Assembly: GCA_013239625.1 (NCBI GenBank)
Contig: MU054085.1
Location: 172,666-236,665, forward strand
DNA: 64,000 nt
From: Lama guanicoe
Lineage: Eukaryota
Reading direction: 5' to 3'
Below the pieces are notes generated by a model. That model was not told the DNA's origin, did no database searches, and saw only the letters and a program-made list of their open reading frames with translations. The position numbers and the translations under genes were made by a program. Of this stretch, positions 1 to 13,419 are shown one piece after another; within the stretch, counting starts at the first letter, position 1, and each line of letters begins with the position of its first letter.

Positions 1-439
1 CTGAAGTTGCCAAACATTTAAGTCTCGGGAGAAGGCTGCTATACAACAGCCCCTCTGATCCCCCAGGCTTCCTTTCTCAAGAGGACAGAAGGTTCACGGT
101 AAGTCTGGCAAGGAAGTCTGGCATATGTTGCCAAAGTAGAAACAATGGTTCCTGCCTCACTTATAAGTTCCTCAATTAAGTCTTTGACATTCAAGTGGAA
201 GTGGGCAAAAGCAATGAACGTGACTGAAATGAAATGAACATGAATGAATGAAAAGACAGAAACACCTGGGAGACTGGAGGCTGGAACATTTAAGAGACAG
301 GCAAATCACTTAATCATTTGTTCATGTAGCATGTTTCTAAGTGCCTGGAACTGTGTTAGGTGCTGGGGACATAAGACAGATAAGACATGGTGCTTGCTTA
401 AAAGGAATCCATGGCTTATTAGAGACAGTAGAGCACATG

Positions 440-555
440 AACCAGAGAAGAGGGCAAGTTAACCGGAGAGGAGGCTACACTAACCAAAAGGGAGGGCAGG
501 TCAACCAGAAAGGAGGGCCCACCCAGAAAGGAGCCTTGTTAAACAGAGAATGTTA
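440..555. repeat. Degenerate ~21-bp minisatellite
   Basis: Units aaccagagaagagggcaagtt / aaccggagaggaggctacact / aaccaaaagggagggcaggtc / aaccagaaaggagggccc / acccagaaaggagccttgtt. Confidence 0.7.
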
Positions 556-574
556 ACTAGAGAACAGGTACCAT

Positions 575-745
575 TAATCCAGACTTGACAGGTCTTCAGA
601 ATCACCTCAGTTGTTTTATCAATTATATGGATTCCTGGACCCCATTTCTACCCTAATGAACTGGAATCTTCCGGAGCCATTATTTGTACTTGTTAATAAG
701 CTCCCTAGTTGGTCCCAACAATCATGGCAGTTGAGAACAAAGCTT
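575..745 (+). mobile_element. MER5-like hAT DNA transposon remnant
   Basis: tcagaatcacct...gattcctggacccca...ttaataagctccctag...ttgagaac resembles the MER5A consensus. Confidence 0.5.
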
Positions 746-1419
746 CATAGGCATATTATGGAGAGACCTGCACTGGATGCAGTGTGGATACCAAGGAAGG
801 GCCTGCTGGTGCAATTCTGGGCTTCATAGAGGAGGGGATACCTGGAAGTGAGCCTTCAGAATTGCAGCAGAGCCAATAAGGTGCAAGGGTGCTGAGAAGA
901 TGGTGGGAGGAGGGCTTCCAGGTGGAAGGCTCCACGTGAGCAGAGACCCTGCAGAGGTCAGTTGGGCTGAAGCCTGGGGTGTGAGAGAGAAATAGGTTAG
1001 AGTCCAGACCAGAAGGTGAGCAAGATTCCAAGTGGCCTTGTTGATATCACCGAAGAGTTTGAATTTTACCCTCTTTGATATGGACCATCATTTAAAGATT
1101 TAAATCAGGGAGTAAAGTGATCAGCTTTCATTTCAGAAAGATTACTTTAAAACTTCTGGGACAAGATGGACATTTAAGTCTATACATTTAACTCTTCTCT
1201 TTTTCAAGTTTCCATGGAAATAGCCAAAGAAATATAAAAAAATAGAACCATCGGGAAAGGACACCTTCCTTGAACTTCCTTGAACTTCCTTGAAGTGTTG
1301 ACACTTTTTGCATTCACACGACTGAGCATGACTGTGTGTAGTCACTGTCTGGAAGGAAATGCTCAGCATCATGGTACTTCTTGATAGGGAAGTGCTACCA
1401 TTATCCACACTGATGGGTT

Positions 1420-1545
1420 GTTATTATTTCTCTATTACAGATGAAGAGGCCACAGCACAGGGAAGGCTACGAGGTCCATCCGGCCCACAGCTAGAAGAAG
1501 AGCTAATGTTTGGACCCAAGGAGTCTGGCTCTAGACACTGAGCAC
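1420..1545 (-). mobile_element. MIR SINE remnant
   Basis: attacagatgaagaggc...cacagctaga...tttggacccaaggagtctggctctaga is MIR-core-like. Confidence 0.6.
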
Positions 1546-2259
1546 TTATGGCATTATACTGCCTAATATGTTGTAAAAAATGTGGTGCTGGTGGTCTTCA
1601 CTAACTGATGGACCAATGCCCTGAGTTCTGTGCAAATGAAGGAGTTGATCCCAGCAGTGAGTAGATGGGGTATATAAGGAGATCACTCTGACTTCCCAGC
1701 TCAGAAGGTCTTCAAACAGGGAGGCCATGGGCAGAGCACAGAGGGAGTGGTCTATTGCCAGTAATCATGGCAAGAGAGGAGGAGTGGCTCCCCATCTGCC
1801 CAGCAGTGGAACTCCCTGCGGTGAGATTGCCTTTGGTTGTAATTACTTTCCTAGATTCCATAGTTGAGGGGAATTCTAACTTGGCACAAATATTCCTAAC
1901 TTCGAGCAGCAGGCCCAGGACTCCAAGGGCTGTCACTGGGACAGAAGGCATGGTTTTCATAAAGGTTCAGGAAATACAGAGGGAGCTTATGGATGGAACC
2001 CTTCCAGCCTTGAGAGGTGTGATAATTAAAATGTGGGCACATCTTATGGGGTTCCAAGATAACCGTGGACTTCACCATGGCCTGGAAGAAATCATTTAGC
2101 ACATGTGCAGATGTTTCTAGCTGTAGTCTTTTCCCAGTCTTCCCAGCCAATGATACTCCTACAAACTAAAGCTGCAGATCCACCTTTTCTCTTTTTCTTA
2201 AACTTAAGAATAGAATACACATCCTCATGGTCTCTGATGGAAGCCACTGTAATTCACAA

Positions 2260-3540
2260 CCATGAATAGGACTTTCTCAGGAAAGTTGAACAAACAGAAA
2301 AATCACCAGATATATGAAATGATTCAGTGATTTGAAAGAAGGAAATACATATGAAAGATCAGAGCAAATATTCTCTGAAGCAAGTTTATTCCAAAAAGTA
2401 AGATATGAAAAGAAACAAAATAAAATTGATTCATATTCTCAAAAAAACTTGGGATTTCAGCACCCACCCATCTAAAAGCAACAATCTGATGTCAGGAAAT
2501 ATTGCTCTTAAACATTTCAATTTCTAAATTAATTTAACTTTTAAAATTATACATTTATCTCATAAATTTGTAAATTCAAGTTGTAAATTTCAAATTTGCA
2601 AGTAGTAGTAATGAATAATAGATCAGATAGTGTAGAAAATCATATCAATGACTCAAAAGTTCAGTTTAAGAAATTTCCCCAAAATCCAGAAGCAAGACAA
2701 AACAAATATAATACATAAAAAATAGTAAGAGATATGAAGGGATAGGTTTAGGAGATAAAATACAGTGTTAATAGGAACTCTAGAGGGAGAAGCAATAATT
2801 AATAAATTTAACATGTAGTCCCCTGAGCTAAATAAAAATTTAAGTTGAGCTAAATAAAAATTTAAGTTCTTAAATAGGCTCTTTCCAAAAAAAAAATTAC
2901 TGCAAAGGCAATTCAGTATTAGAAACTCTATTAACATCATCTATCAGATGATTAGAACAAAGGAGAAAACTATCATTTTATATATAAAGATATAATTAAA
3001 AGACATTTAATAAAAATTAACATCATTTACTAACGTAAAATAGAAATAGAATGATATGCCACCAATAAAATAAAGTATATACATGTATTTAATTTAGTGG
3101 TGAAATGATACTAAGCTTTACGATGAAACACTGAAGTAGCCTAATGACCACTATTGCCAGTGGTAATATTGCTTTAGGGGAGCTAGCCAATGCAATTAAG
3201 ATGAGAAAAGGAGTAAGAGGCATAAAGAACATAAAATAAGAGAAAACTATCATTATGTGCAGATAGTAGTCTATCTGCAAAACCAAAAAGAATCAACTGA
3301 AAAACAGATAAAACTAATCTGAGATTTCAGAAGCTGGCTTCAAAACAAATGTGTAAAGACAATAGCTTTTTTACATACTAGCATAGCCATTTATAAAACA
3401 TAATGGAAACCAAATCATATCACAGTAGTCATGAAACTATGTAATATTCAGAAATAACACTTATTGAATTATGTGAAATCTATATGAAGGAAACTACTAA
3501 ATATTCCTTTACTAGAAAAAAAAAGGAAACTTAAATTCAT
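2260..3540 (+). mobile_element. Ancient, heavily decayed L1 fragments
   Basis: A-rich strand with L1 ORF2-like phrases (gctagccaatgcaattaagatgagaaaagg, aaaagaatcaactgaaaaacagataaaactaat). Confidence 0.6.
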
Positions 3541-3559
3541 GTAAGAGATTGGTAGCAGA

Positions 3560-3910
3560 GATTTGGGAGTTACCACTTTGAAGTTAATGGTTGCAGATTC
3601 CCTAGGAGAGTGTGGAGCACAAAGAGGAAAGGGCCAAAGAGGACCAACATTCATAATGTGTCTGGGGACAGAGGTGCCAGTAAATGAGGTTGAGACGGTG
3701 TGTTTTAAGATAGAGGAGGAAAACCAGGAGGGAACAGCATCACAGAGACCAAAGAAGACTGCCTTTAAGAAGTAGGGAGTATTCCACGTGCTCATTTGTT
3801 ACAGAAGCACTGGCAAGATAAAAATAGAAGAGTCCATGATATTTGGCTTCTAGGAGATTGCTGATCACCATGGCAAGGGTAGTTTTAGTGGAACTGGAGA
3901 GTACCAAGTT
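3560..3910 (-). mobile_element. L2 LINE remnant
   Basis: agagatttgggagttacc...gaggaaaaccaggag...tttggcttctaggagattgctgatcacc...ttttagtgga is typical of antisense L2. Confidence 0.6.
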
Positions 3911-6523
3911 TGGGGTGAGGATCTTCGAATTTCTTGTGATGCTAACTAATAACCATGGAGGAGACAGTACACATGCGACCCACCAGTTACTATGTGAAAT
4001 CAACAAACCCCAGTGACTCGCGATTTCCTCATCTACAAAGTAGGGTAGCAGTTGCCAAAAAAGTGTGATAATGACTGTGAAATGTTTTATAAACCATAAG
4101 CCACTATATAAACAGATGGTGGTGTTTTTAGTTCTGGCCCACTTCCAGGCAATATGTTAACAAACAATTTGTTAAAATGATGGCCCTGAGATAATGTCCC
4201 TAAAATATTTCCCCATCACTTCCTCTGTAGTACCAGTTTTTCATCCCCAGGCAGGTTCTGCAGGCTTGTTAATACAGAGACATGATCTGCTCTGTGTTTG
4301 TGTTTTTGACGCAAGCAAACTAAGCTGCCAGGGAAACCAACCAATCTGAAACGTTTTGCAATGCCCTGCATTGTCTCAGCCATCAACTGGAGACCAGAAT
4401 TCCAGTTTCAAGCAAAGTGAGGTGGCAGAGTGTTTTCCTGTGTGTAAGTAGACACTAGCTCTTAAATAAATATTGTGTTCCTTCCCAGAACTTAGCTGGA
4501 AGCCCCCCCACCTCAGCAAACATAACTGTGGGATGCTTGGCACATGACCCAAAACAGCTGACATTTCAATTGTCCTTGGCCTCTATTGTTGAGATTTCAA
4601 ATGGTCACAGTACTGACATTTCTTTAAATCTTTGGTGGGAACATTTCAGTGACAAGGGTCCAGTGGTAATAACATAATGGGCTTAGCCCCACATTCATTC
4701 CTTCTTTCTTCTATCCCTACAAAGTATATTTGTTAAGCATCTATGAAATATCAGGCACTGCCAGGGGTAAGGTTCACAGAGATGGATGACACTGAGTTGC
4801 TTTTAAGAGCTTGGGGTTTAGTGAAAAAAAAAAAAGAAAGAAACATGATGGCATTGAATTACAATACAGTGAGAACTTTAATAAATGTGTGCTCGAAGGG
4901 CTATGGGAACCCTGAAAAATGAGCATCCAGGCTGTCATTTCAGCCAAAAGGCCATGGGTTGAAATGTCAGAAGTCTCACTCTTAACTCTGAAAACATCAA
5001 GCTTAGCAGTTGGTACACACTAGGTGTTCAATTAATGCTTGATACACAATTGATGAATACCACTAAACATGACTTTAGATAGTAGCTCTCCTAATCACTC
5101 AAATTCTATTCCCACTGGGGTAAGTCACTTCTAAGGGGATAGTGACATGCTCCCTGGGACAGCAGACTACACACTCCATCACTCAGCTGATGGACCAATG
5201 GCTATTAAATCCTAAAGAAAGATGCGGCTAAGACTTCTTGAAAGGGTTGTTTTAGGCAAAAGTTGAGCAGCAGAGAAGACTGGGAATGACACAATTGTCG
5301 CAATCACCTTGATTGAATCTAGTGAGACACCCTGGCATAGCATGGAAACAGAAGTTGACAGGAATCTTCTGATGTCATACATACCTCAGTGGGGCATTAT
5401 GAAAGATTGCCGATAGGAAAGATTGTCCTGACACTGAAATGTGGTAACACAACCAGGCAAGTTTCTCCCTTCTGAGGGTCACTGACCCTATCTGTCAAAT
5501 ACCAGGGTTGGCTGGCTGCGCTCTGAAGTCTCTTCCAGATCTAAAGACCTAGGATTCATTTTTAGAATCAGAACAAAAACTATTAAAACAAAACTCTTAA
5601 TTCTTAAGAGTAAGTGTGTGCCACTGGGGGAGAAGCAACGGCAAGAATCCTGAAATTCACACAACACAGTCCCCATTCCCTTCCATGTGGTTGTTAACCC
5701 TTTGAATTTATCAGGGCAGAAGATCTGGGCAGGGAGCAAAACAGAGGAGACAGTTTTAACTTCTATGGGCAAGAATCTGTCTCCTTGCACTCAACGTTCT
5801 CTCTCCTACTTATGCTAATTATAGGTCATGGGCATCATATGAATACTCTAATCAGACTCATTCAACTTTTTACTGAATTGGCTGACTGTAAACAGTTTTA
5901 TTCAGGGTGTTGTACACAGAAAATGCCTGGGGTGGTCCCTGCTACATAAGGACATTGTCAGCCTTGGTAAAGGACTATCCTGGCTGCAGGATTTCAGAAA
6001 AGGCTAAGCTTGCTGGTTAACTAAAGGACAGCAGTTAATTGAAGGTGGAGACTGGCTGTGCAGAACACGAGCTCCCTTGGGTGCCCCTCCTAGTGCCCAA
6101 AATGGTGGTTGACCCATAGGAAGTCTAAGCCTGGCCTTGCCTTCCTTCTGGGCTCCTGGCTTCCCCTTGGATTCCAACAATCAGTGTCACACTATTGCTG
6201 ATGAGGTATGAACATCCTGTTCCTGAAACCCTCCGACAACACTGCCGAAGAGCCCACTGGGGAGGAGTTAGACCCTCCAGGCTGAGCATGACATGAGGGA
6301 GGACTGTGTTGCTGAAGCTGCCTGCTCTGGGAGATTTCAGACTGAAAGATTGGCCCCAGGGGGAGAATCAGCCTAACCAAAAACACTGGGGTAATTCAGG
6401 ATCAAAGCCAGCACCAGCTGAGTGAAAAAAAGTCCAGCCTGTTAGCCACCCAGCCTTGGTCCTTCTCCAAAACAGGGTTTCCCACCTTTTCTTTCCTTTT
6501 CATCAACTGTGGCCAGAGGCCAC

Positions 6524-7050
6524 TGCAGGGAAGCAAAACTTGCGACTCCAAAATATCTCTGGCATGCAGATTATTTTGACCTGAAAATATTCAAGCCCCA
6601 AAAGAGTAAGTAAGAAACTCTGCCTGTCCCCCTAACTGCCTAAAATCATGTAGACAGAGGACCTGTTCCAGGAAAGGGGCTCTCACCATAGATCACTATG
6701 CTATGAACTAAGTGTATGGACAGGGAGGAACCTAGCAAAGCCTGTTAAAATTCCTCTCTGTGTCCCATTACCTCTGCATGGCCCAGCAAACATCTGTTTA
6801 TCAAACACTTGCTTTTCCATCTCCATGGCCTTCCACCCCTTTGATGCCCCAGACCACCTTCCCTCTCTCAACGTTCTCTTTTGTTTCTAGCTGAAGATGG
6901 TATGAAGGTGAGGGTTTTGGCCATGTTGCAAGTTCCTCAATTCTCCTGGGTCTCTCCCATATACATATGTTATTAAACTTTTGTCAATTTAGTTCTTAGA
7001 CCAGACAGAACAGCCTTGAAGAGTAGCAGAAAGTTTCTTCCTCCCGAGTA
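6524..7050 (+). mobile_element. ERV1 solo LTR, MER34-like
   Basis: Starts TG; ccaaaatatctctggcatgcagattattttga motif; ATTAAA at ~6972; shares motifs with the LTR at 17580. Confidence 0.65.
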
Positions 7051-7503
7051 CTCTAAATTGTCTTCTGTTCTCTGGTCTTCTTGCTCCAGTTTCTCCCTGT
7101 CCATCCACCCTGCATCCCTTACTGACAGAGGAGTCCCCCAGGCCACTCTCCAAAGCACGGCTCGGCTCCTCTGGTGACCCCATCACCACTTCTGGCCCAC
7201 TCTGTGCTGCTGGCTTCAGAGGCCACATCCAGTCCACTTCCCAGCTCAGTCACAGTGGCCTGAGGAAACTCCCCTCTACTCCAGAAGTCATATGCTTTCC
7301 CCCTTCCTTTGCTCCCAGAAATTCATACCAAGCATGGTCCTCCTGGCCTCCATACCAAAGGAAAGGCCCACTAAACACAACTTACCTTGTTTATGTTGGA
7401 AAACATCTTGTCTTCCATTTAAAACATAACCAAATCGTCAGGAACTCTCCTTAAGACCTACTGTTGTCCATCCTGCCCTTGGCTCTCAGGGATGCTCTCT
7501 CCA

Positions 7504-7702
7504 TTTTTTTTTTTTCAATATTGAAGTATAGTCAGTTACAATGTGTGAATTCCTGCTGTACAGCATAATGTCCCAGTGATGCATATAGATGCGTATATTG
7601 GTTTTCATGTTCTTTTTCATCAAAGATAAAATTGAATTACAAGATAAAATAAAATTATTACAAGATATTGAATATAGTTCCTTGTGCTGTACAGAAGAAA
7701 CA
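7504..7702 (-). mobile_element. Short L1 3'-end fragment
   Basis: Poly-T followed by ttgaagtatagtcagttacaatg..., matching the L1 3' end at ~11273. Confidence 0.85.
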
Positions 7703-8873
7703 GATTTCAGTTCCTAACAAATCTTAATTCTCCTCAGTGCTAAGATGTCTTTCATTGCCCTCTCTCCTGGTATGGCCTGACAAACCTCATTTGGCTTTAA
7801 CTTCCTCTTCTACCTTCATTTCATCTTTCTGTCTTTCCCTTCTTTTCCCTTCCCTCCCCCCATCTCCCCTTCTTTTTGCTTACACACCCTTCTTTCCCTT
7901 TTCTCTCCTCTCTCTGTCTCTGTCTAGTGTTATTAGCTCCATATATCTCCCATCCCCATCAACACAACACAGACTTGGCAGCCCAGGCAAAAGCTGCCAA
8001 GAAGTGACCCCTGTATTCCCCACTCCAGGATTTTGAAAGTAGCACCCAGGAATGGTGCCAGTTGGGAAGGCTGTGCTTAAGGGGAAGAAGGGAGGTCACA
8101 CCAACCTGATTATTATTTTTCTGAATTTTAATTATATATATTTACATGTATGTCTGTATCAAGGGATCAAGCCTGAATAAACATCTTTTTCACCCCCCCA
8201 ACAACAAAAAATGTCTAGCCCAGCTCATTTGTGGAAGGTTCTACTCCTTTCTTAGAGGTCACCATATCCTGTTCTTTTGGGTCACATAGCTCCAATACAC
8301 ATAGATAAGGTCAAGACCATCACCTTCCTGCCTTAGAAAATCACATTACCCTCCCTTATCATATCTCGTGTGAAGCCACATTTAAATGTTATCATAGTCA
8401 CATGGCTGGAGAAAGAGCTTTGAAAAGAAGAGCAGTCACAAATTGTGTCAAAAGACACAGAAACCTTTAGAATAATAAAGACAGAGAAGAGATAATATGA
8501 TTACTGGAGACCTCCAAAAACAAGTCAAGGTGATTTAAAATATATTCTATAATTCTAACTCAAGATCATCAAATTATAGCCTATAAGCTAAATGTGGCGT
8601 GCTGTCTGTTCTTTTTAAATGGCCTATGGGCAAAGAACGGGTTTTACATTTTTAAATGCCTGATAGAAAATAAAAAGGAGAATATTTTGTAATGTGAAAT
8701 TTCTATGGCATTCAAATCTGTGTCCATAAATTAAATTCTCCTGGAATACAACCATACTTATTTATAGATTGTATATGACTGTATTCATGCTGCAATGGAA
8801 GAGTTGAGTAGTTGAGACATAAGGTAGTTGCAACATTTATGGCCCATAAAGCCTAAAATACTCACTATCTGAC

Positions 8874-9878
8874 TGTAATGGGTTAAATGGTGGTCCCCCA
8901 AAAAAGATATCCAGCCCTGTGAATGTTACCTGATTTGAAAAATCAGGAGTCTTTGCAGATAAAATTAACAGTAGCCAAGACATGGAAACAACCTAAATGT
9001 CCATCAACAGATGACTGGATAAGAAAATGTGGTATATTTATGCAATGGAATACTACTCAGCCATAAAAATGATAAAATAATGCAAAATGCAGCAAAATGG
9101 ATGGTCCTGGAGAATGCCATACTAAGTGAAGTAAGCCAGAAAGGGAAAGAAAAAAAACTTATGATATCACTTACATATGGAATCTAAAAAAAAAAAGACA
9201 AATGAACTTATTTACAAAAAAGAAACAGACTCACAGACATAGAAAACAAACTTATGGTTACCAGAGGGGAAAGGGGTGGAAGGGATAAACTGGCAGTTCG
9301 AGATCTGCAGATACTGACTAATATATATAAAATAGATAAACAAGTTTATACTATATAGCACAGGGAATTATATCCAATATCTTGTAGTAGCTTATGGTGA
9401 AAAAGAATATGAAGATGAATATATGTATTCATTCTGCTGTACACCAGAAATTGACAAAACATTGTAAACTGACTATACCTCAATAAAAAAATACTAGAAA
9501 AAAAATCAATTAGCTTGAAAAAAATAAGGGTCTTGAGATGAGATCATTCTAGATTTATCAGGGTTGTCCTCAAATCCAATGACAAGTGTTCTTGTAAGAG
9601 ACAGAAGAGGGGATGACACACACAGACACAGAGGAGAAAGCCATGTAACAGTGGAAGCAGAAATTAAAATTACATAGTTATAAACCAAGAAATTCTTGGA
9701 ACCGCCAGAAGCTGGAAGAGGCAAGTAAGGATTTTCTCCTAGAATCTTTGGAGGAAATACAGATCTGCTAATGTTTTGATTTTGCCCTTCTGATTCCCAG
9801 AACTGTGAGAAAATAATATTCTGTTGTCTTAAGCCACCCAGTTGGTGGTAAATTGTTAAAAACTAGGAAACTTATACA
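8874..9878 (+). mobile_element. MLT1 (ERVL-MaLR) solo LTR, interrupted by L1
   Basis: TG...CA termini (tgtaatgggttaaatggtggtccccc...ggaaacttataca). 5-bp TSD ctgac/ttgac. Confidence 0.85.
8968..9525 (+). mobile_element. 5'-truncated L1 (end of ORF2 plus 3'UTR)
   Basis: agccaagacatggaaacaacctaaatgtcc...gtaaactgactatacctcaataaaaaa; same 3'UTR as the L1 ending at ~30978. Confidence 0.92.
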
Positions 9879-11233
9879 TTGACCTTTTCCAGAAAGTTTG
9901 CCAACCTCTGTTCTAATTTGTATTTTTATATTGTATTTTGTTATGTTCATTCATGTTTAGTTTGAGGACGTAAAGAGATAATGCACTCGTAAGCATACAT
10001 TGCATTTCTATTAAGTTGAATAAGAAAATGAGAAAGCCTTTGTGAGTCCACAGGGTGAAGTTGACACCTCTCTCTCTCGTGGTGGGGGTGGGGGTGGGGG
10101 GCTGGTTGCTCCATCCATCTCTCAAGTAACTCATCTCTCCAGTGCATCCCAGCCACTGCCCTGGATCAATGGCGACTAGAAAAAGAAGCTGGAAGGGATT
10201 GGCACCTCAGCTGTTATTCAAGTTTGTGGTGGTGGTAGAATGGTGGTTGGGGAAGTATTGGGAAAGAAAGCAAAGGAGGAAAGGATGCTAACTTGGAACT
10301 GGTAACTGAGACACAGAGGAAGTCTAGACCCCACTCCACCAAGTCTGAACAAGTCACCTTTCCTTCCTTTCCCTTTGTACCACCTGCTCACTGTACTTCC
10401 CTCATCCATCCATGGAAGCAAGGGTCACATGGCTACTTAATTAGGTACCCACATTTCTCCTCCTCACTCTCCCAACTGAAAGGACTCAGGTGAGGAAAGG
10501 ACCTACTAAGACAAGAGTCTGACTTTAGTGGGATCAGAGAAGGAACTGGTGAGAGCCAGCAAAGGAGGGCTACACTCACCTGGTTCCCCACCTGTCCATG
10601 TCCAGCACTGCCTTAAAAGGGCAGATAAGTAGCCCAGGCAGCTCCCAAACTGCCCTGGGCCAGGACCATGCCAAGTGGCATCAATGGGAAGCCCCACCCC
10701 ACCCTAGGGCACAGGCACAGGGATGCACTGCCCTCACACTGAAGCGAAACTGTCCCTCCAAAAAAAAAAAATTTATGAATATATTAATTTTATACAGGAA
10801 AAGGTTGATAATTTAAGAGGTGAAAAATTTAAATATTTCATTTTGTTCTCTCAGTTCTGGTTACTGACTGTCATCAGGAAGATGTGGGAATTATTGAGAG
10901 AGAATTATTGAGAGCGAATTCACAACAGGGAAGCAATTTCTGGTGTTTCTACCTAGAGACAGGAAGTAAGAGCATTCTGAGTCCAAGTTCCCATGGAAAT
11001 GAGCTTTTAGTTCAGAGCTGGTTTCTCAACCATGAGCATAAGTACATATCGATTTATACAATTCTCATTATAACCTTATGAGTTATGTCTAAATCTAAAA
11101 TGGAGACCTAGCTATGTTGAGCATTTATCGAAGATCATAGAGATAGTTGAAGACAGAAAATAGCAGGTTCTAACTAGGACTCAGGTTGGTTCTCCAACAA
11201 CAATTCTCACTACTTTGGGATCTAATTCACTTT

Positions 11234-12801
11234 TTTTTTTCATGTTGTTGAGTCTTCTTTTTAAATTTTCTATTGAAGTATAGTCAGTTACAGTGTGTCA
11301 ACCTCTGGTGTATAACATAATGTTCCAGTCATACATATAACATGCATATATTTGTTTTCATATTCTTTTTAATTAACGGTTATTATAAGATATTGAATAT
11401 AGTTCCTTGTGCTATACAGAAGAAATTTGTATTTTATCTATTTTTCTATTTAGTAAATATTTGCAAATCTTGTACTCCCAAATTTATCCCTTCCTACCCG
11501 CTTTCCCCCTGGTAACTATAAGATTGTTTATTATGTCTGCAAGTCTGTTTTTGTTTTATAGATTAGTTCATTAGTGTCTTTTTTCTTTTTTCTTTTTTTG
11601 ATTCCACATATGAGTGACATGATACACTTTCTCTGTCTTACTTCACTTAGAATGACAATCTCCAGGCCCATCCATGTTGCTGCAAATGGCATTATTATAT
11701 TCCTTTTTTTTTAATGGCTGAGTAATTTTCCATTGTAAAAATATACCACAACTTTTTAATCCAGTCATCTATTGTTGGACATTAAAGATGTTTCATATCT
11801 TGGCTATTGTAAATAGTGCTGCTAAGAACATTGGGGTGCATGTATCTTTTTAAATTAGAGTTCTCTCTGGATATATACCCAGGAGTGGGACTGCTGGGTC
11901 ATATGGTAAATCTATTTTCAGTGTTTTGAGGAATCTCCATACTGTTTTCCACAGTGGCTGCACCAAACTGCTTTCCTACCAACAGTGTAGGAGGGTTCCT
12001 TTTTCTCCACACTCTCTCCAGCATTTGTCATTTGTGGAATTTTGAATGATGGCGATTCTGACTGGTGTGAGGTGATACCTAACAATAGTTTTGATTTGCA
12101 TTTCTCTGATAATTAGCGATATTGAGCATTTTTTCATTTGCCTATTGGCCATTTGCATGCCTTCACTGGAGAATTGCTTGTTTAGGTCCTCTGTCAATTT
12201 TTGTATTGGGTTGTTTCTTTTTTTGTTATTAATCTTTATGAGCTGTTTATATATCCTGGAAATTAAACCTTTGTCAGTCGCATCATTTGCGAATATTTTC
12301 TCCCATTCCATAGATTGTCATTTTTTTTTTCTTTTTTGCTTATAGTTTCTTTTGCTAGGTAAAAGCTTGTAAGTTTAATTAGGTCCAATTTGTTAATTTT
12401 TGCTTTTATTTCTATTGCCTGGATAGACTACTCTAGGAGAACATTGCTAAGATTTATGTCAGAGAAGAGTTTTATCATGTCTTGTCTTATATTTAAGACT
12501 TCAAGCCTTTTTGAGTTTGTATATGGTGTGAAGGAGTGTTCTAATTTCATTGATTTACATGCGGCTGTCCAGTTTTCCCAGTACCACTTGCTGGAGAGAC
12601 TTTTCTCCATTCTACATTCTTGCTCCCTTTGTTGAAGATTAATTGACAGTAGGTCTGTGGGTTTATTTCTGGGCTCTCTATTCTGTTTCATTGTCTGTTT
12701 TTGTGCTAGTATCATGCTGTTTTGATTACTGTAGCTCTGTAGTATTGTCTGAAGTCTGGGATGGTTATTCCTCCAGCTTCATTCTTTTTTCTTCAGTATT
12801 G
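11234..12801 (-). mobile_element. 5'-truncated L1, ~1.6 kb
   Basis: ORF2 C-terminal peptides ([22 protein letters not shown]...HCW). Perfect 12-bp TSD ctaattcacttt at 11222-11233 and 12802-12813. Confidence 0.95.
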
Positions 12802-13419
12802 CTAATTCACTTTAGGTTAATGTCTTTGAGATCCTCAGGTGGGTAAAGGCCTAGGCATTTATGGGGAAAGCATTATTCCAGATAACTACTGAATCAGTAT
12901 AATTTTGATTAGACAAAGTAGACATGGAGAGATTTCCAAGTTTTCCTAACTCTCTTTTACTCTCTGCCCTTTTCCTGGGTAGAGTATGCATACTGTGTAT
13001 TCCCAGGGTCTGACTTAACAAAAGGGATTACTGTAAGAAGTAGCAAAAGGACAGCTATTTTTAAAGATAAAATAAGTACTTAATTAGATCAATAGGAAAA
13101 AAAAAGGAAATAGTTCTAAGAGGGAGTCTCTAACCCAGGCATCAAGCAAAGCTCTAAACTTAGAATCTCTTAGTTTTTAACAGCAGGGGTAAAAGTTGTT
13201 TGTGTCAGCTTTGGGTGAGTGTCACATATTTTCATCTATTAATTTTTGTTGAAATGCCTGTTGAGCAACACAGGAAGACAGCTGACTGCAACATAATTTA
13301 ATTTGGCAGCTGAGTGCTGAAGCTGAGTATTCCTCAAATTAGCATGCCAGAGGATAGCAGAGGATAGCAGAACTGAAAAGAAGAACTTGTGGTCTGTGAG
13401 ATGCTCAATATGTGGCAAT

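Larger units (their letters stand above)
8561..9910 (+). mobile_element. MER58-like hAT transposon, interrupted by an MLT1 LTR
   Basis: MER58-like body at 8561-8873 resumes at 9879-9910 (agaaagtttgccaacctctg). 8-bp TSD ttctaact (8553-8560) / ttctaatt (9911-9918). Confidence 0.75.

Noticed and set aside
440..555. CRISPR-like array
   Set aside because: Mammalian DNA, degenerate adjacent units, no repeat-spacer structure, no cas genes.
2824..2868. Perfect 22-bp tandem duplication (smaller ones at ~13349 and ~54100)
   Set aside because: Ordinary slippage duplications with no functional cue.
10081..10105. G-quadruplex
   Set aside because: Only three tracts of three or more G; not a canonical motif.
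7504..11280. Selective loss of poly(A) signals in sense-oriented L1 ends (AATATT, AATAGA)
   Set aside because: Several antisense copies (~30965, ~53607, ~57510) also lack AATAAA, so the pattern does not discriminate.
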